From positions 1-64,000 of the IMG/VR virus record IMGVR_UViG_3300029904_000001: a stretch of 64,000 nt of DNA; one strand, given 5' to 3'. The number at the start of each line of letters is the position of its first letter. The first letter of the stretch is position 1. This stretch comes from a virus. Taxonomy: Duplodnaviria > Heunggongvirae > Uroviricota > Caudoviricetes. Below the pieces are notes generated by a model. The model did not search any database. It was not told where the DNA came from and saw only the letters and a list, made by a program, of their open reading frames with translations. Both the position numbers and the translations under genes were made by a program. Positions 36,547 through 46,676 of the stretch are shown here, one piece after another.

Positions 36547-36835
36547 CTCTTGATACTTACAATACTATAAATGGAATTTAATAATTCGTATGTAGCGGCA
36601 TTCAGTATCAATCTTAATGTTTAATTTAAATGTTAATGTTATGAAAAGAGTAATTAAAATTTTGAAGAAAGCATTTGATAAATGGTCTAACAGCCAATCA
36701 ATGCTTATCACAGGATCTATTCCTGTTAAGGGATAATCCTTTTACTCTTTTTATATAATATCGCTTAATTATTTATGATGCTTACAATAATATTAAATCA
36801 ATGAACTTTTAATTCATCCAGATAAAGCATCATTA

Positions 36836-37027
36836 TTGTTTAACCTTAAATATATTTATTTCCAAAAACAAATGGGAAAATATCGAGTTGATTGGCTTGA
36901 AGAAGACGATTATTATGAGCCAACAGTTCAAAAAATTAAAAAACACAATTTAAATCCAAACAAAAAACACAAAAAAGATGAATCTCGTAGAAAAAATAAA
37001 AAGTATATTTACGAGGAAACAGAATAA
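36836..37027 (+). CDS. small basic protein
   Basis: 63 aa, Lys-rich. Confidence 0.3.
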   Translation: MFNLKYIYFQKQMGKYRVDWLEEDDYYEPTVQKIKKHNLNPNKKHKKDESRRKNKKYIYEETE

Positions 37028-37265
37028 AGAACAATTAATAAAAGAACTTAAAACACTAGAAAGTATTGAACTTTATGATGATGTTATTCTTGTTATAGAT
37101 AATAAACGTTATAAAGGTTGGATTTCTGATTTATCTAAGAATCAATTAGTAATATGTTATGACGAAGAAGATAATCCATTTAAGGAGATTATAATTCCAT
37201 ATTCACGTCCCTATAATAGAAGTATGATTGAATTTAATAATAAAAAAGTATATTTAAATGAGTAA
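36978..37265 (+). CDS. hypothetical protein
   Basis: 95 aa. Confidence 0.35.
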   Translation: MNLVEKIKSIFTRKQNKEQLIKELKTLESIELYDDVILVIDNKRYKGWISDLSKNQLVICYDEEDNPFKEIIIPYSRPYNRSMIEFNNKKVYLNE

Positions 37266-37833
37266 TATGAAAATACTAGTTTTAGTGGATGTTCAAAACG
37301 ATGTGGTGACAGGTCCACTTGGAGGAGTTAATCAGAAATTTATTATTCCCAGAATACTTCGTTTAATTGATCGATTTAAACAAAACGATGATTTAATTAT
37401 TGCTACTTTAGATAGTCATGTAGAAGCAACTTATGATAAATGTAGAGAAGGTAAACATTTTCCAACTAAACATTGTATTATTAGTTTACCTGGACATCAA
37501 TTAATTCCAGAAATTAAAACAACGTTAAACGATTATCCAAATTTCTCTACAATTGCTAAAATTGATTCATTTGGATTAAGAGATATGTATGCAGTATTAG
37601 AAAATCTTCATTATCAACACGATTATCTATATTTAACTGCATCAGATGAAGTAGAATTTCATATATGTGGTTTAATGACTAATACTTCAGTTCTTTCTGT
37701 TGCTGTTTCTTTACAAAATTGGTTTTCTAATGCAGAAATTTACATACATTGTGATGCTTGTGCTTCCTATGATTACAATTTACATGAAAAAGCACTTGAT
37801 ATAATGAAAAGTTTACAAATGAATATTGTATAA
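37258..37833 (+). CDS. isochorismatase-family cysteine hydrolase (nicotinamidase/PncA-like)
   Basis: ILVLVDVQNDVV (cf. ALLVIDMQNDF), conserved K (..GKHFPTKH..), catalytic Cys in ..HICGLMTNTSV.. Confidence 0.5.
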   Translation: MSNMKILVLVDVQNDVVTGPLGGVNQKFIIPRILRLIDRFKQNDDLIIATLDSHVEATYDKCREGKHFPTKHCIISLPGHQLIPEIKTTLNDYPNFSTIAKIDSFGLRDMYAVLENLHYQHDYLYLTASDEVEFHICGLMTNTSVLSVAVSLQNWFSNAEIYIHCDACASYDYNLHEKALDIMKSLQMNIV

Positions 37834-38117
37834 TGCGAGGAATTAGATTTATAAACTATATATGTAAGACATTTAATCTAAAAGTTACATATGCTTTTGA
37901 AGGACGTTCTACTGTTTTTAATGATCATACTTATCGTTGTTGTAATGTAGCGTGTTATGAATTAAATCGTCATTTCTTTACTCTTTGAATCGCTAAACAT
38001 AAAATTGCAATAACTTGGCCTAGTAGTATAGATGTAATATATCGGTTTTCTATTTCTGAAAAATATAAAGTATTACAATTAATACATGAATGTTTATGCG
38101 AGGAATTAGATTCATAA
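37833..38117 (+). CDS. MRGIRFIN-family small protein, tandem copy 1 (contains TGA=Trp)
   Basis: MRGIRFINYICKTFNLKVTYAFEG..FFTL-W-IAKHKI..SISEKYKVLQLIHECL. Confidence 0.35.
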
Positions 38118-38380
38118 ATCAATTATGTAAAGAGTTTGATTTGAAAATTAATATCAGTTATGAAGGATATTCTAATGTTTTTCGTATAACACGTAGTCAG
38201 AATCATATCTGTTCGTATAATTTAAGTGGTTTGTATACTTTATGGATATCTAGACGAAAAATAGCACTTTTAATAAGATCTACTGGTCCTATAAGATATT
38301 TTCTAATTTCTGAAAAATATAAAATCTTTCAGTTAATTTATGCTGATTTATGCGTGGAGAAAGACTTATCAAAGAAATAA
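38090..38380 (+). CDS. MRGIRFIN-family small protein, tandem copy 2
   Basis: MFMRGIRFINQLCKEFDLKINISYEG..ISEKYKIFQLIYADL. Confidence 0.4.
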   Translation: MFMRGIRFINQLCKEFDLKINISYEGYSNVFRITRSQNHICSYNLSGLYTLWISRRKIALLIRSTGPIRYFLISEKYKIFQLIYADLCVEKDLSKK

Positions 38381-38616
38381 AATCTATAGCGCCATTTCAA
38401 TTTAAAATTAAAGACTCAAGTAAAAACATGTATATAGGTATACATGGAGAAGTATACATTTGTCTGACAGTTAGTCCATCTTATATATATGATTTTATGA
38501 TTTTCGATTGGTATGGACATGGAGACTGGATTAAAGTAAAAGCATCCGAAAAGTATAAAATATTTCAAATGATAGATAATTTTTATGCGTGGAATAAGAT
38601 TTATAAATCAAATTAG
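38350..38616 (+). CDS. MRGERLI-family small protein, tandem copy 3 (a truncated 4th copy follows at 38587)
   Basis: MRGERLIKEIK..ASEKYKIFQMIDNFY. Confidence 0.4.
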   Translation: MRGERLIKEIKSIAPFQFKIKDSSKNMYIGIHGEVYICLTVSPSYIYDFMIFDWYGHGDWIKVKASEKYKIFQMIDNFYAWNKIYKSN

Positions 38617-38617
38617 T

Positions 38618-38665
38618 TTAAGATTTAATCTTGAAAATATTACAATTAATATCAGAAGCTCTCAG
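38618..38665 (+). terminator. probable terminator
   Basis: AGCTCTCAG..CTGGGAGCT hairpin followed by TTATTTTTTAT. Confidence 0.4.
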
Positions 38666-39082
38666 TAAATAAACTGGGAGCTTTATTTTTTATATTCGTA
38701 TGAAAGCTAAAGTAAAATTAAAAATAAAATATGAAGGATCGATATTCATTAATAATGAAATTTTAATAGATTATAATACATTTTCTAATGATAAGGCGAT
38801 ACGTCAGTATAATATTCCTTGTATAATATTAGATTTTTTAGATCATGTTAAATTACTGAATTATAATGAACAAAGATAAAGTAAAATTAAAGATAAAATA
38901 TGAAGGGCCAATAACATTTTCTAAAGAAGAATTATTTGATTATAATTAAAAAGTTTTTGTAGCTGCTGCAGGGATAAATTGTGTATTACAAAATTTATTA
39001 AATAATATAAGTGCTTTAAATAAATGTATTAATTATTGGGATGTTGCTGATTATCAAATAACTATATAAATGTATCAACATA

Positions 39083-39388
39083 TTGATGAATATTCCAAAA
39101 AATTTTGGACTTAAAAGAGCTAAACAACTCTTTAAAGCGTTTAATGGAGAAGGTAAAATGGGTAAAAGATATTATCAAAAATCAGTTATGTATGTCTTTA
39201 AACCTAAGAACTCTGATTTTTTCGTTAAAGTTTATTTTGGCAAATATAAAGTAGTTTGTATTATGAGTGTGGCTATTACTTCTATTTCTACATCTCCAAA
39301 AGAAATATATAAGGTTTATCAATATATTAACGAATGTATAATAAAAGAAAAAGCGTATGATAGTCGAAATAATAACCAAGAAGAATAA
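39083..39388 (+). CDS. hypothetical protein
   Basis: 101 aa. Confidence 0.4.
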   Translation: MMNIPKNFGLKRAKQLFKAFNGEGKMGKRYYQKSVMYVFKPKNSDFFVKVYFGKYKVVCIMSVAITSISTSPKEIYKVYQYINECIIKEKAYDSRNNNQEE

Positions 39389-39507
39389 ACGTTATAATAA
39401 GAAAGATGGTAAAACTATTTCTATTAAATGGTCTAATTGGTATGGATGTTTTCTAATTAATAATTACATTCGTATTTATATGGATGATATAAAAAGTTTA
39501 ACTTGCG

Positions 39508-39768
39508 ATGAGAATATATAAATATAATAAAAATGGAATTAAAATAACTGTTAATGTTAATATTCCAGAAGAAATAATGACATCTGGCTTAGTTGATCCA
39601 AATTTTCATGAAACTTTAGACTTTGAATATCTTGGGACTCCAGATAAATTATATTATGATGATTCTCGATATTGTTATCCATCTCTTTTAACGTATTTAA
39701 ATTATGATTTGCATGATCTTAGTTTAACATATGATATGCTTCAATGTTATAAACCAATAAAATTTTAA
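39508..39768 (+). CDS. hypothetical protein
   Basis: 86 aa. Confidence 0.4.
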   Translation: MRIYKYNKNGIKITVNVNIPEEIMTSGLVDPNFHETLDFEYLGTPDKLYYDDSRYCYPSLLTYLNYDLHDLSLTYDMLQCYKPIKF

Positions 39769-39770
39769 TT

Positions 39771-40778
39771 ATGTTACTATCATTTAATGATATATGTATT
39801 GTTCCTTCTATTATATCTAATATAGAAAGTAGAAGTGAATGTTATCCTTATAGAAATAGTATGCTTCCATTAATAACAGCTCCAATGAGTTCAGTTATAG
39901 ATGAAAACAATTGGGAGATATTTAAAAATAATAAAATAAATACTATTATTCCAAGAACAGTAGATTGGGAAATTAGAACTAAATTGGCTTCTGAAACATT
40001 TATTGCTGTATCTTTAGTAGAATTTGAAAGAATTATAAATTACTGGCATATTTCAGAATCAGAATTTATACATATTTGTGTAGATATAGCAAATGGTCAT
40101 ATGAAAAAACTCTTAGATCTTTGCAAACAAGCTAAAGAAAAGTTTGGAAAGTCTATTCAAATAATGACAGGTAATATAGCTAATCCTAAAACTTACCTAG
40201 AATATGCTCAAGCTGGAATAGATTATGTTAGATGTTCAATTGGCTCGGGTAATAACTGTATTACCGCATCTAATACTGGAGTTTTTTACCCTATGGTTTC
40301 TCTACTTCAAGATATAGCTTGGGAAAGACAAGAAGTTCATAATGCTAGAGAGTATGGTAATACTTATTATAAATCTGAACCAAAAGTAATTGCCGATGGA
40401 GGTTTCTCAAATTTTGATCAGATAATAAAAGCTCTAGCACTTGGAGCAGATTATGTGATGCTTGGTAAAATATTTGCAATGTCAGAAGAAGCTTGTGGAG
40501 AAATAGTACATATATCTCCAGATAGGCAAATGCGTAAATATTATGGAATGTCCACAAAGAAAGCTCAATCTGAATTTGGAAATACAGAACTTAAAACCGC
40601 AGAAGGAATAGAAACTCTAGTTCCTATTAAATATACTCTTGTTGGATGGTGTGATAACTTTATTAGTTATTTACGTTCAGCTATGTCTTATTGTAATAGC
40701 AAAAATCTTGATGAATTTAAGAAAAATGCTACTATAAAACAAATATCTAATAACTCATTTAACTCTTATTTTAAATAG
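39771..40778 (+). CDS. IMP dehydrogenase/GMP reductase-family TIM-barrel oxidoreductase (GuaC-like)
   Basis: ..QIMTGNIANPKTYLEYAQAGIDYVRCSIGSGNNCIT..KVIADGGFSNFDQIIKALALGADYVMLGKIFA.. matches the IMPDH/GuaC catalytic-loop and phosphate-binding motifs; 335 aa. Confidence 0.5.
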   Translation: MLLSFNDICIVPSIISNIESRSECYPYRNSMLPLITAPMSSVIDENNWEIFKNNKINTIIPRTVDWEIRTKLASETFIAVSLVEFERIINYWHISESEFIHICVDIANGHMKKLLDLCKQAKEKFGKSIQIMTGNIANPKTYLEYAQAGIDYVRCSIGSGNNCITASNTGVFYPMVSLLQDIAWERQEVHNAREYGNTYYKSEPKVIADGGFSNFDQIIKALALGADYVMLGKIFAMSEEACGEIVHISPDRQMRKYYGMSTKKAQSEFGNTELKTAEGIETLVPIKYTLVGWCDNFISYLRSAMSYCNSKNLDEFKKNATIKQISNNSFNSYFK

Positions 40779-40780
40779 AT

Positions 40781-41080
40781 ATGTACGGAGCATTTTTATA
40801 TCAAGAAGATAATGAAGGATGTATTACTCCATTTTTAATGGGAGTTTACGATTCAATTGAGAGTTTTAAAAATGATTTACCTGAACTAGAAGCCATATAC
40901 GCTGAAAGACAAGATGGGAGAACAGGTAAAATTTATAAACATGCAACTCATATCACATATCCTGGAACTACGAGTCAAATTAGAGTTGGACTTGCCGAAG
41001 TCATCTTTAGTTTAGAACAATTACCGTTAAATGGAATACATCATTATCAGCATTATAACGATACAGCGTATGATGGATAA
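40781..41080 (+). CDS. hypothetical protein
   Basis: 99 aa. Confidence 0.4.
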   Translation: MYGAFLYQEDNEGCITPFLMGVYDSIESFKNDLPELEAIYAERQDGRTGKIYKHATHITYPGTTSQIRVGLAEVIFSLEQLPLNGIHHYQHYNDTAYDG

Positions 41081-41149
41081 GATTGTATAGTTAATTAGGA
41101 AATTTTTAAAATTTTTCATAAATTTGTAATTTATAAATCTCTTAAAAAT

Positions 41150-41332
41150 ATGATTTTATTTTGTTTGTTTTATTGCATTCCGTGTTTATTTAATTGTTGG
41201 TATGTAAATAAGTTATACTCTAATGATGAAATAGATTACCAAAGAGCGACTTTCCATATGGTTTTTAGTATTATTCCGTTAATAAATTTGTGTCTTACAT
41301 TCGTATTTTTAAGAGATTTATTTAAAATATAA
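41150..41332 (+). CDS. small membrane protein
   Basis: 60 aa, hydrophobic. Confidence 0.3.
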   Translation: MILFCLFYCIPCLFNCWYVNKLYSNDEIDYQRATFHMVFSIIPLINLCLTFVFLRDLFKI

Positions 41333-41336
41333 TTAA

Positions 41337-41645
41337 ATGAAAGTAGTAATAGAAGTATCTCCAGAAGAGAATAATAAGATACTTGAAACTTTTGAATCTA
41401 GTATTTTAAAAACAGAAATAGAAGATGTTTCGGATGTTGAAACAATTATAGCAACTATTTTTAAATCATTTGTTGTTAATGTTTCAAGATCATTAGCTGA
41501 AATGTCTATTTCTTGTTTAAAAAATATTATTGAAACAAGTTCGATCTATCAAGGATTAGCTTCCAAATTCGATTTATCTGAATTATGGGAGTTCAATAAT
41601 GTTGAATCAGAGGAAGAATATGAAAATAAGATACTTGATGAATGA
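41337..41645 (+). CDS. hypothetical acidic protein
   Basis: 102 aa. Confidence 0.4.
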   Translation: MKVVIEVSPEENNKILETFESSILKTEIEDVSDVETIIATIFKSFVVNVSRSLAEMSISCLKNIIETSSIYQGLASKFDLSELWEFNNVESEEEYENKILDE

Positions 41646-41707
41646 AACGCAAAAGTAGAGGCTGGAGAATATTTACTTATGGATTATAAGTACAAATCTT
41701 AACTAAT

Positions 41708-43342
41708 ATGTTAAATAAAGAAGTAAAGTTTTATAATGAAGCAAGAGAAGGAATGCTCAAAGGTATAAATCTCTTAGCAGATGCAGTTAAAGTAACTCTT
41801 GGTCCAAAAGGTCGAAGTGTTATTATAACTGAACCCAATGAGATTCCACATGTTACAAAAGATGGAGTTACTGTTGCTAAAGCTATTAAACTTGCGGATC
41901 AATATCAAGATGCAGGAGCTCAGTTGATTAAAGAAGCAGCTGTTCGCACAGTTCGTGAAGTTGGAGATGCCACGTCAAGTGCCACAGTTCTCGCTCAAGC
42001 TTTTATCAATAATCTTTATAAAGAAATACAAGCAGGAGCAAATCCAATTAAACTTAAAAAGGGATTTGATTATGCTATTGATGAAGTTATATATTATATA
42101 AAAGAACACGCTCGTCCAATTTCTGATTCTGATATTAAATATGTTGCAACTATATCTGCAAATAATGATGAAGAGATTGGAGAATTACTATCAGATGCAT
42201 TTTCTAAAGTTGGAAGACAAGGTGTAATTACCGTTGAAGAATCTTCTAATTCTAAAACTTCTGTAAATGTAGTAATGGGAATGCAGTTTGATAGAGGATA
42301 CGAAGCTCCTCATTTTGTAACCGATGAAGAGAAAGATCAGTGTGTATTGGAAGATCCTTACATATTTATTACCGATCACAAGATTCAATTGACTAGAGAT
42401 CTTTTAAATATTCTCGAACCTTTAGCTAGAGAGCATAAGAGTCTTTTAATTATAGCACAAGAATATGATTCTGAAGTTATTGAGAATTTAAAACTTAATA
42501 AACTTCAAGGAACTCTAAAATGTTGTGCTATTAAATGTCCGTCTATGGGAGAATATAGAAAAGAAGTTCTTCAAGATATAGCAATTGTAACTGATGGTAC
42601 TTATCTAAGTTATGATTCCGGACTTGAGGTTTCCGATTGTTCTCTCGATATGCTTGGACAGGCTAAAAGAATTATCGTAACTAAAGATACTACTACGATT
42701 GTTGGAGGCGTTGGTAGTCAATCAATAGTTGATTCTAGAGTTAGAGAGATTGAGAATAAGTTAGAGACTATAAAAGATTCTCAAATGGATGGTGAATTCT
42801 ATCGAGATTTCTTAAAGAGACGAATTGCTGCACTTACAGGCGGAATATGTCAAATTAAAGTAGGTGGAAAGACTGAAATAGAAATGAAAGAAACTAAGGA
42901 TAGAATTGATGATGCTGTAGCAGCTTGTTATGCAGCTATTGAAGAAGGCATTATTGCTGGTGGAGGATTGGATTTCTATAAATGTGGATATGAGATAGTT
43001 TCTGATCCTGATAGTAAATGTATATTTAATGATGAAGTGGAAATTTGGTCTGGATTTAAAGCATGTATAGAAAGTCTTCCGATTATCATGCAAACCATTT
43101 GTGATAATGCTGGTATAGATTCAAAAGAAGTATTTGAAAAACTTCCAAAAGATGCAGATAAATGGATTGGATTTGATGCTAATCAAGAAGACTATGTTGA
43201 TATGTATCAAACTGGTATAGTTAATCCAGCTAAAGCTGATAGACTTGCAATTGAACATGCAGCTTCCATAACAGATTTATTTTTAACTACGGATTGTATA
43301 ATTGTCCCATTACAGATCATGGACATTAATATTGGAAACTAA
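41708..43342 (+). CDS. groL: chaperonin GroEL (Cpn60)
   Basis: 544 aa with GroEL-type motifs (..GPKGRSVII.., ..AAVEEGIIAGGGL..) and a typical domain order. Confidence 0.7.
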   Translation: MLNKEVKFYNEAREGMLKGINLLADAVKVTLGPKGRSVIITEPNEIPHVTKDGVTVAKAIKLADQYQDAGAQLIKEAAVRTVREVGDATSSATVLAQAFINNLYKEIQAGANPIKLKKGFDYAIDEVIYYIKEHARPISDSDIKYVATISANNDEEIGELLSDAFSKVGRQGVITVEESSNSKTSVNVVMGMQFDRGYEAPHFVTDEEKDQCVLEDPYIFITDHKIQLTRDLLNILEPLAREHKSLLIIAQEYDSEVIENLKLNKLQGTLKCCAIKCPSMGEYRKEVLQDIAIVTDGTYLSYDSGLEVSDCSLDMLGQAKRIIVTKDTTTIVGGVGSQSIVDSRVREIENKLETIKDSQMDGEFYRDFLKRRIAALTGGICQIKVGGKTEIEMKETKDRIDDAVAACYAAIEEGIIAGGGLDFYKCGYEIVSDPDSKCIFNDEVEIWSGFKACIESLPIIMQTICDNAGIDSKEVFEKLPKDADKWIGFDANQEDYVDMYQTGIVNPAKADRLAIEHAASITDLFLTTDCIIVPLQIMDINIGN

Positions 43343-44055
43343 TGATAACAATTGCAGCTAGTTCAGACTTTCATGGAAATTTACCAGAAGTAACCAAACC
43401 ATTTGATTTAATGCTTTTAGCTGGAGATCTTGAACCTGCTCATGATCATACTTGGGGTTATCAGCGTAAATGGTATAAAGAACAATTTTTACCATGGGTT
43501 ATGGAACTTCCCTTTAAAAATATATGGTCTAAAGTAATATTTATAGCAGGAAATCACTCGTGTTATTTATCCCAAGAAGGTCATTCATTTAGAGTAAAAG
43601 AATTAGAAATTGAATCAAATGGAAGACTGCAATATCTCCATCATGAATGGTGTTTCTTTGATTATCTAGATGAAGAAACTAATGAAATTGAAAATATTTA
43701 TATATTTGGAACTCCATATTGTAAAATATTTGGAAACTGGTGGAATATGTTGAGTGATAAAGCACTTATAGAAAAATACTCTGAAATTCCAAATAATATA
43801 GAGATTTTAGTTTCACATGATTCCCCATCTTTACTTGGTTTAGGTGAGATAAAACAAAAAGATCCTGTTATAGACGCGGGAAATAGAATTCTAAGTGATG
43901 TTATTGAAGATATAAAACCTAGTTATTTTTTCTCAGGACACATCCATTCTGGAGAGCACTCTCTTCAAGATAATGGTTTTACAAAAATGGCAAATGTCAG
44001 TTTATTAAACGAACATTATGAGATAGCTTATCCAATATTGTATCTTACAATATAA
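43342..44055 (+). CDS. calcineurin-like metallophosphoesterase
   Basis: SDFHGN (DxH), LLAGDL (GD), FIAGNHS (GNH), ..SHDSP.., ..GHIHSGEH.. Confidence 0.55.
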   Translation: MITIAASSDFHGNLPEVTKPFDLMLLAGDLEPAHDHTWGYQRKWYKEQFLPWVMELPFKNIWSKVIFIAGNHSCYLSQEGHSFRVKELEIESNGRLQYLHHEWCFFDYLDEETNEIENIYIFGTPYCKIFGNWWNMLSDKALIEKYSEIPNNIEILVSHDSPSLLGLGEIKQKDPVIDAGNRILSDVIEDIKPSYFFSGHIHSGEHSLQDNGFTKMANVSLLNEHYEIAYPILYLTI

Positions 44056-44122
44056 AAATTTGGAATTGTGATATTTTTTATGTATATTGCATAAATAAAT
44101 TAAATCACTAAAAATTAATTTT

Positions 44123-45100
44123 ATGTCAACGCAATTACATCAATTAGAAAAAGACTATATTTTGGAAAATTATTCTACGTTTGGTCCAAGAATAGTATCA
44201 CAAAAATTACAAAGATCAGAAAGTACTATTATTTCTTTTGCAAAACGAAATAAATTGAATCTAAAAAAAGATCCTAACTTAACTTTTGAAGATGCTCCAG
44301 ATTTTAAATATTGTTTAGATTTTGAAAAATGTTTTGATCAGCTTACTCCAGAATTAACCTATTGATTGGGATTTTTTTGAGCAGATGGTATAAACAATAA
44401 AGGTTGTTTGTCTATCGAAATAGTTAGAGAAGATGGAGAAAATTTACAAGATTTATTTTTAAATATTTTTCCGTTTAAAATAACATATAGAGAATCACCA
44501 AATCGAAAACCACAAATGCGTTTTTATGTATATAATACAAATATATCTCAAAAATTGGTAGATTTAGGAAAATATCCACATTCTTTTGAATCTCATAAAA
44601 AAATATTAAATTTTTTACAAACAGATGAATTAATTAAATATTTCTTACGAGGTTTAATCGATGGAGATGGTAATTTTTATTTAAATAATTCTGATAAATA
44701 CGGACAATTTACACTGGCATCTAATGTAAATCAAGATTGATCCACATTAATGAATCTATTAAAAGATTTTAATCCGTTTGTAACTATTTCGAAAAGAAAA
44801 ACTGGAAACAGTTCTGTTTTAAGAATTACTGGAAAAGAAAATCTTTGTAATTTTATTAAATATTTAGAATACGATACAATAAATATTGGATTACATCGAA
44901 AACAACAAAAAGCGTTAGAAATTGTTAAAATGTACAACGAACCAAAGCCACATCGGACAATTTATCAATATTCCAAAAGTAAAGAACTATTGAATACATT
45001 TGATTCAATAAAAGATGCAGCAGAATCACTAAATGTAAAAAAATCAGCAATTTCTAATTGTTTATGTAAAATATCAAAAACCGCTTTTGGATACATTTGA
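44123..45100 (+). CDS. LAGLIDADG homing endonuclease (double-motif) with HTH; three in-frame TGA=Trp
   Basis: One frame 44123-45100. Motif 1 ..ELTY-W-LGFF-W-ADGINNKG.. (W from TGA). Motif 2 ..KYFLRGLIDGDGNFYL... Track ORFs 44123/44408/44750 are joined by TGAs. Confidence 0.55.
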
Positions 45101-45146
45101 TCATATACACCATTGTAATGAAATTAAATCCTATAACTTATTTTAA

Positions 45147-45338
45147 ATGGAACGAAGAATCGGTTGTAGTGGATGGGGATTAGCTATTATTCTAACTCTC
45201 ATATTTATTGTATTATATATAACTAATATAATAAGTTGGAGTTGGATTTGGCTGTTATCTCCTTTATGGATTATGTTAATTATTAACATTCTTTTTATTA
45301 TAATTATATTTATTTATATTTATTTTAAACTTATTTAA
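45147..45338 (+). CDS. small membrane protein
   Basis: 63 aa, 2 TM. Confidence 0.4.
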   Translation: MERRIGCSGWGLAIILTLIFIVLYITNIISWSWIWLLSPLWIMLIINILFIIIIFIYIYFKLI

Positions 45339-45339
45339 T

Positions 45340-45693
45340 ATGAATCCGAAGTATGTTTATAGTAACGCTATTTATAAGGTTACTAAAGATGTTTATGTTG
45401 ATGCTAATGGTAATGTAGTAGCTTATGGTGCTAACAAGTCTCGTTTTACACCTATACCTCGCTATACAGTATGTAGTGTTTATAATAAAGAAGACAATAC
45501 ACTTGCATTTGGTGTAGCAAGATGCTCTCATAAAGATGCATTTAAAAGAAGTATCGGTAGAGAGATTAGTCTAAAGAGAGCACTTGAGAATCCTATTACA
45601 ACAATTACAGTTCCAACTGGTCTTCGTATTTCTAGAATGACAAGAGATATAGCTTTTCAGCTTATAGAACAGTTAGAATCAGCACGTAATTAA
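45340..45693 (+). CDS. hypothetical protein
   Basis: 117 aa. Confidence 0.45.
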   Translation: MNPKYVYSNAIYKVTKDVYVDANGNVVAYGANKSRFTPIPRYTVCSVYNKEDNTLAFGVARCSHKDAFKRSIGREISLKRALENPITTITVPTGLRISRMTRDIAFQLIEQLESARN

Positions 45694-45917
45694 TGGATGC
45701 AATAATATTTAACGGAAGATTTGAAACTGAGAATCTACAAGTATTTATAGATAAGCTAAAAGAGATTTTAAGCGAAACAGATACTACATTTTATGGTCAT
45801 ATTAACTCATACGAAATGCCAAAATATGTAGATTACGAGGAAGTAAAATCAGATGGAGAATCTACAAGTCAATCAGAAGAAACTCAAGATAAATCCGATT
45901 CAGATCCCACTGTATAA
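45693..45917 (+). CDS. small acidic protein
   Basis: 74 aa. Confidence 0.4.
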   Translation: MDAIIFNGRFETENLQVFIDKLKEILSETDTTFYGHINSYEMPKYVDYEEVKSDGESTSQSEETQDKSDSDPTV

Positions 45918-46215
45918 TTGAACAGTTGTTCAGTTAATTGGAGATCAAGACGAAGCAGAAGAATTTATATCAGACATAGAACATGTTGCGATTCCAAGAC
46001 AAGAATTTGGAATTAGCGATGCAGCTTGTTACCAATACACTTCTACTATATATATTTGACACCAAGAAGATGCACCTATTCATATTATAGGTCATGAAGT
46101 TGCACATGCGACGTTTTATTTAATGGATACGGTACATTTAAATGTAATGGATCAAGAAGCGTTTTGCTATTTATTTGAATTTATACTGGAACAATGTCTA
46201 AAGAAAAATGAATAG
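45853..46215 (+). CDS. small HExxH zinc-metallopeptidase-motif protein (two TGA=Trp)
   Basis: ..APIHIIGHEVAHATFYLMD..; overlaps neighbours at both ends. Confidence 0.35.
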
Positions 46216-46676
46216 TTTATACTGATGGATCTGCACAACCAAGTCGAAATACAGGTGGATTTTCAGCTGTATTTTGTAAAAATGGTAAATGTGTAGATAA
46301 AATATATCGAGGATATACGAATACTACAAATAATCGTATGGAATTACGTGCAGTTGTAGAAGCATTAAAATGATTCAAAGATCCAACAGAAGTAACTATT
46401 GTCTCAGATTCGCAATATGTTGTAAATAGTGTTAATGGGAAGTATTGCTTTAAATGAATTAAAGAAAATGATTTATCTAAAAAGAATCTTGATTTGTGAT
46501 TCGAACTTATCAATCTACTAGAATATCATACTGTAACTTTTAAGTGGGTAAAAGGACATAATAATCACTCTATGAACGAATATGCCGATAGACTAGCTTG
46601 TCATAGTAGTCAGTGTATGAACTTAAAAGATGATATTATTCAAGATGTATCTTTATTAAAAAATAAATGTGATTAG
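46194..46676 (+). CDS. rnhA: ribonuclease HI; five in-frame TGA=Trp
   Basis: MSKEK-W-IVYTDGSA..TNNRMELRAVVEALK-W-..VTIVSDSQYV..NLDL-W-FELI..VTFKWVKGHNNHSMNEYADRLA. TGA occupies the conserved DLW tryptophan. Confidence 0.65.

Noticed and set aside
31557-36790. Reading the GATACTTACAAT repeat as an extended -10 promoter (TGnTACAAT)
   Set aside because: The spacing between the TG and the TACAAT hexamer does not fit the extended -10 geometry, and no consistent -35 is present. Kept as an unexplained dispersed repeat instead.
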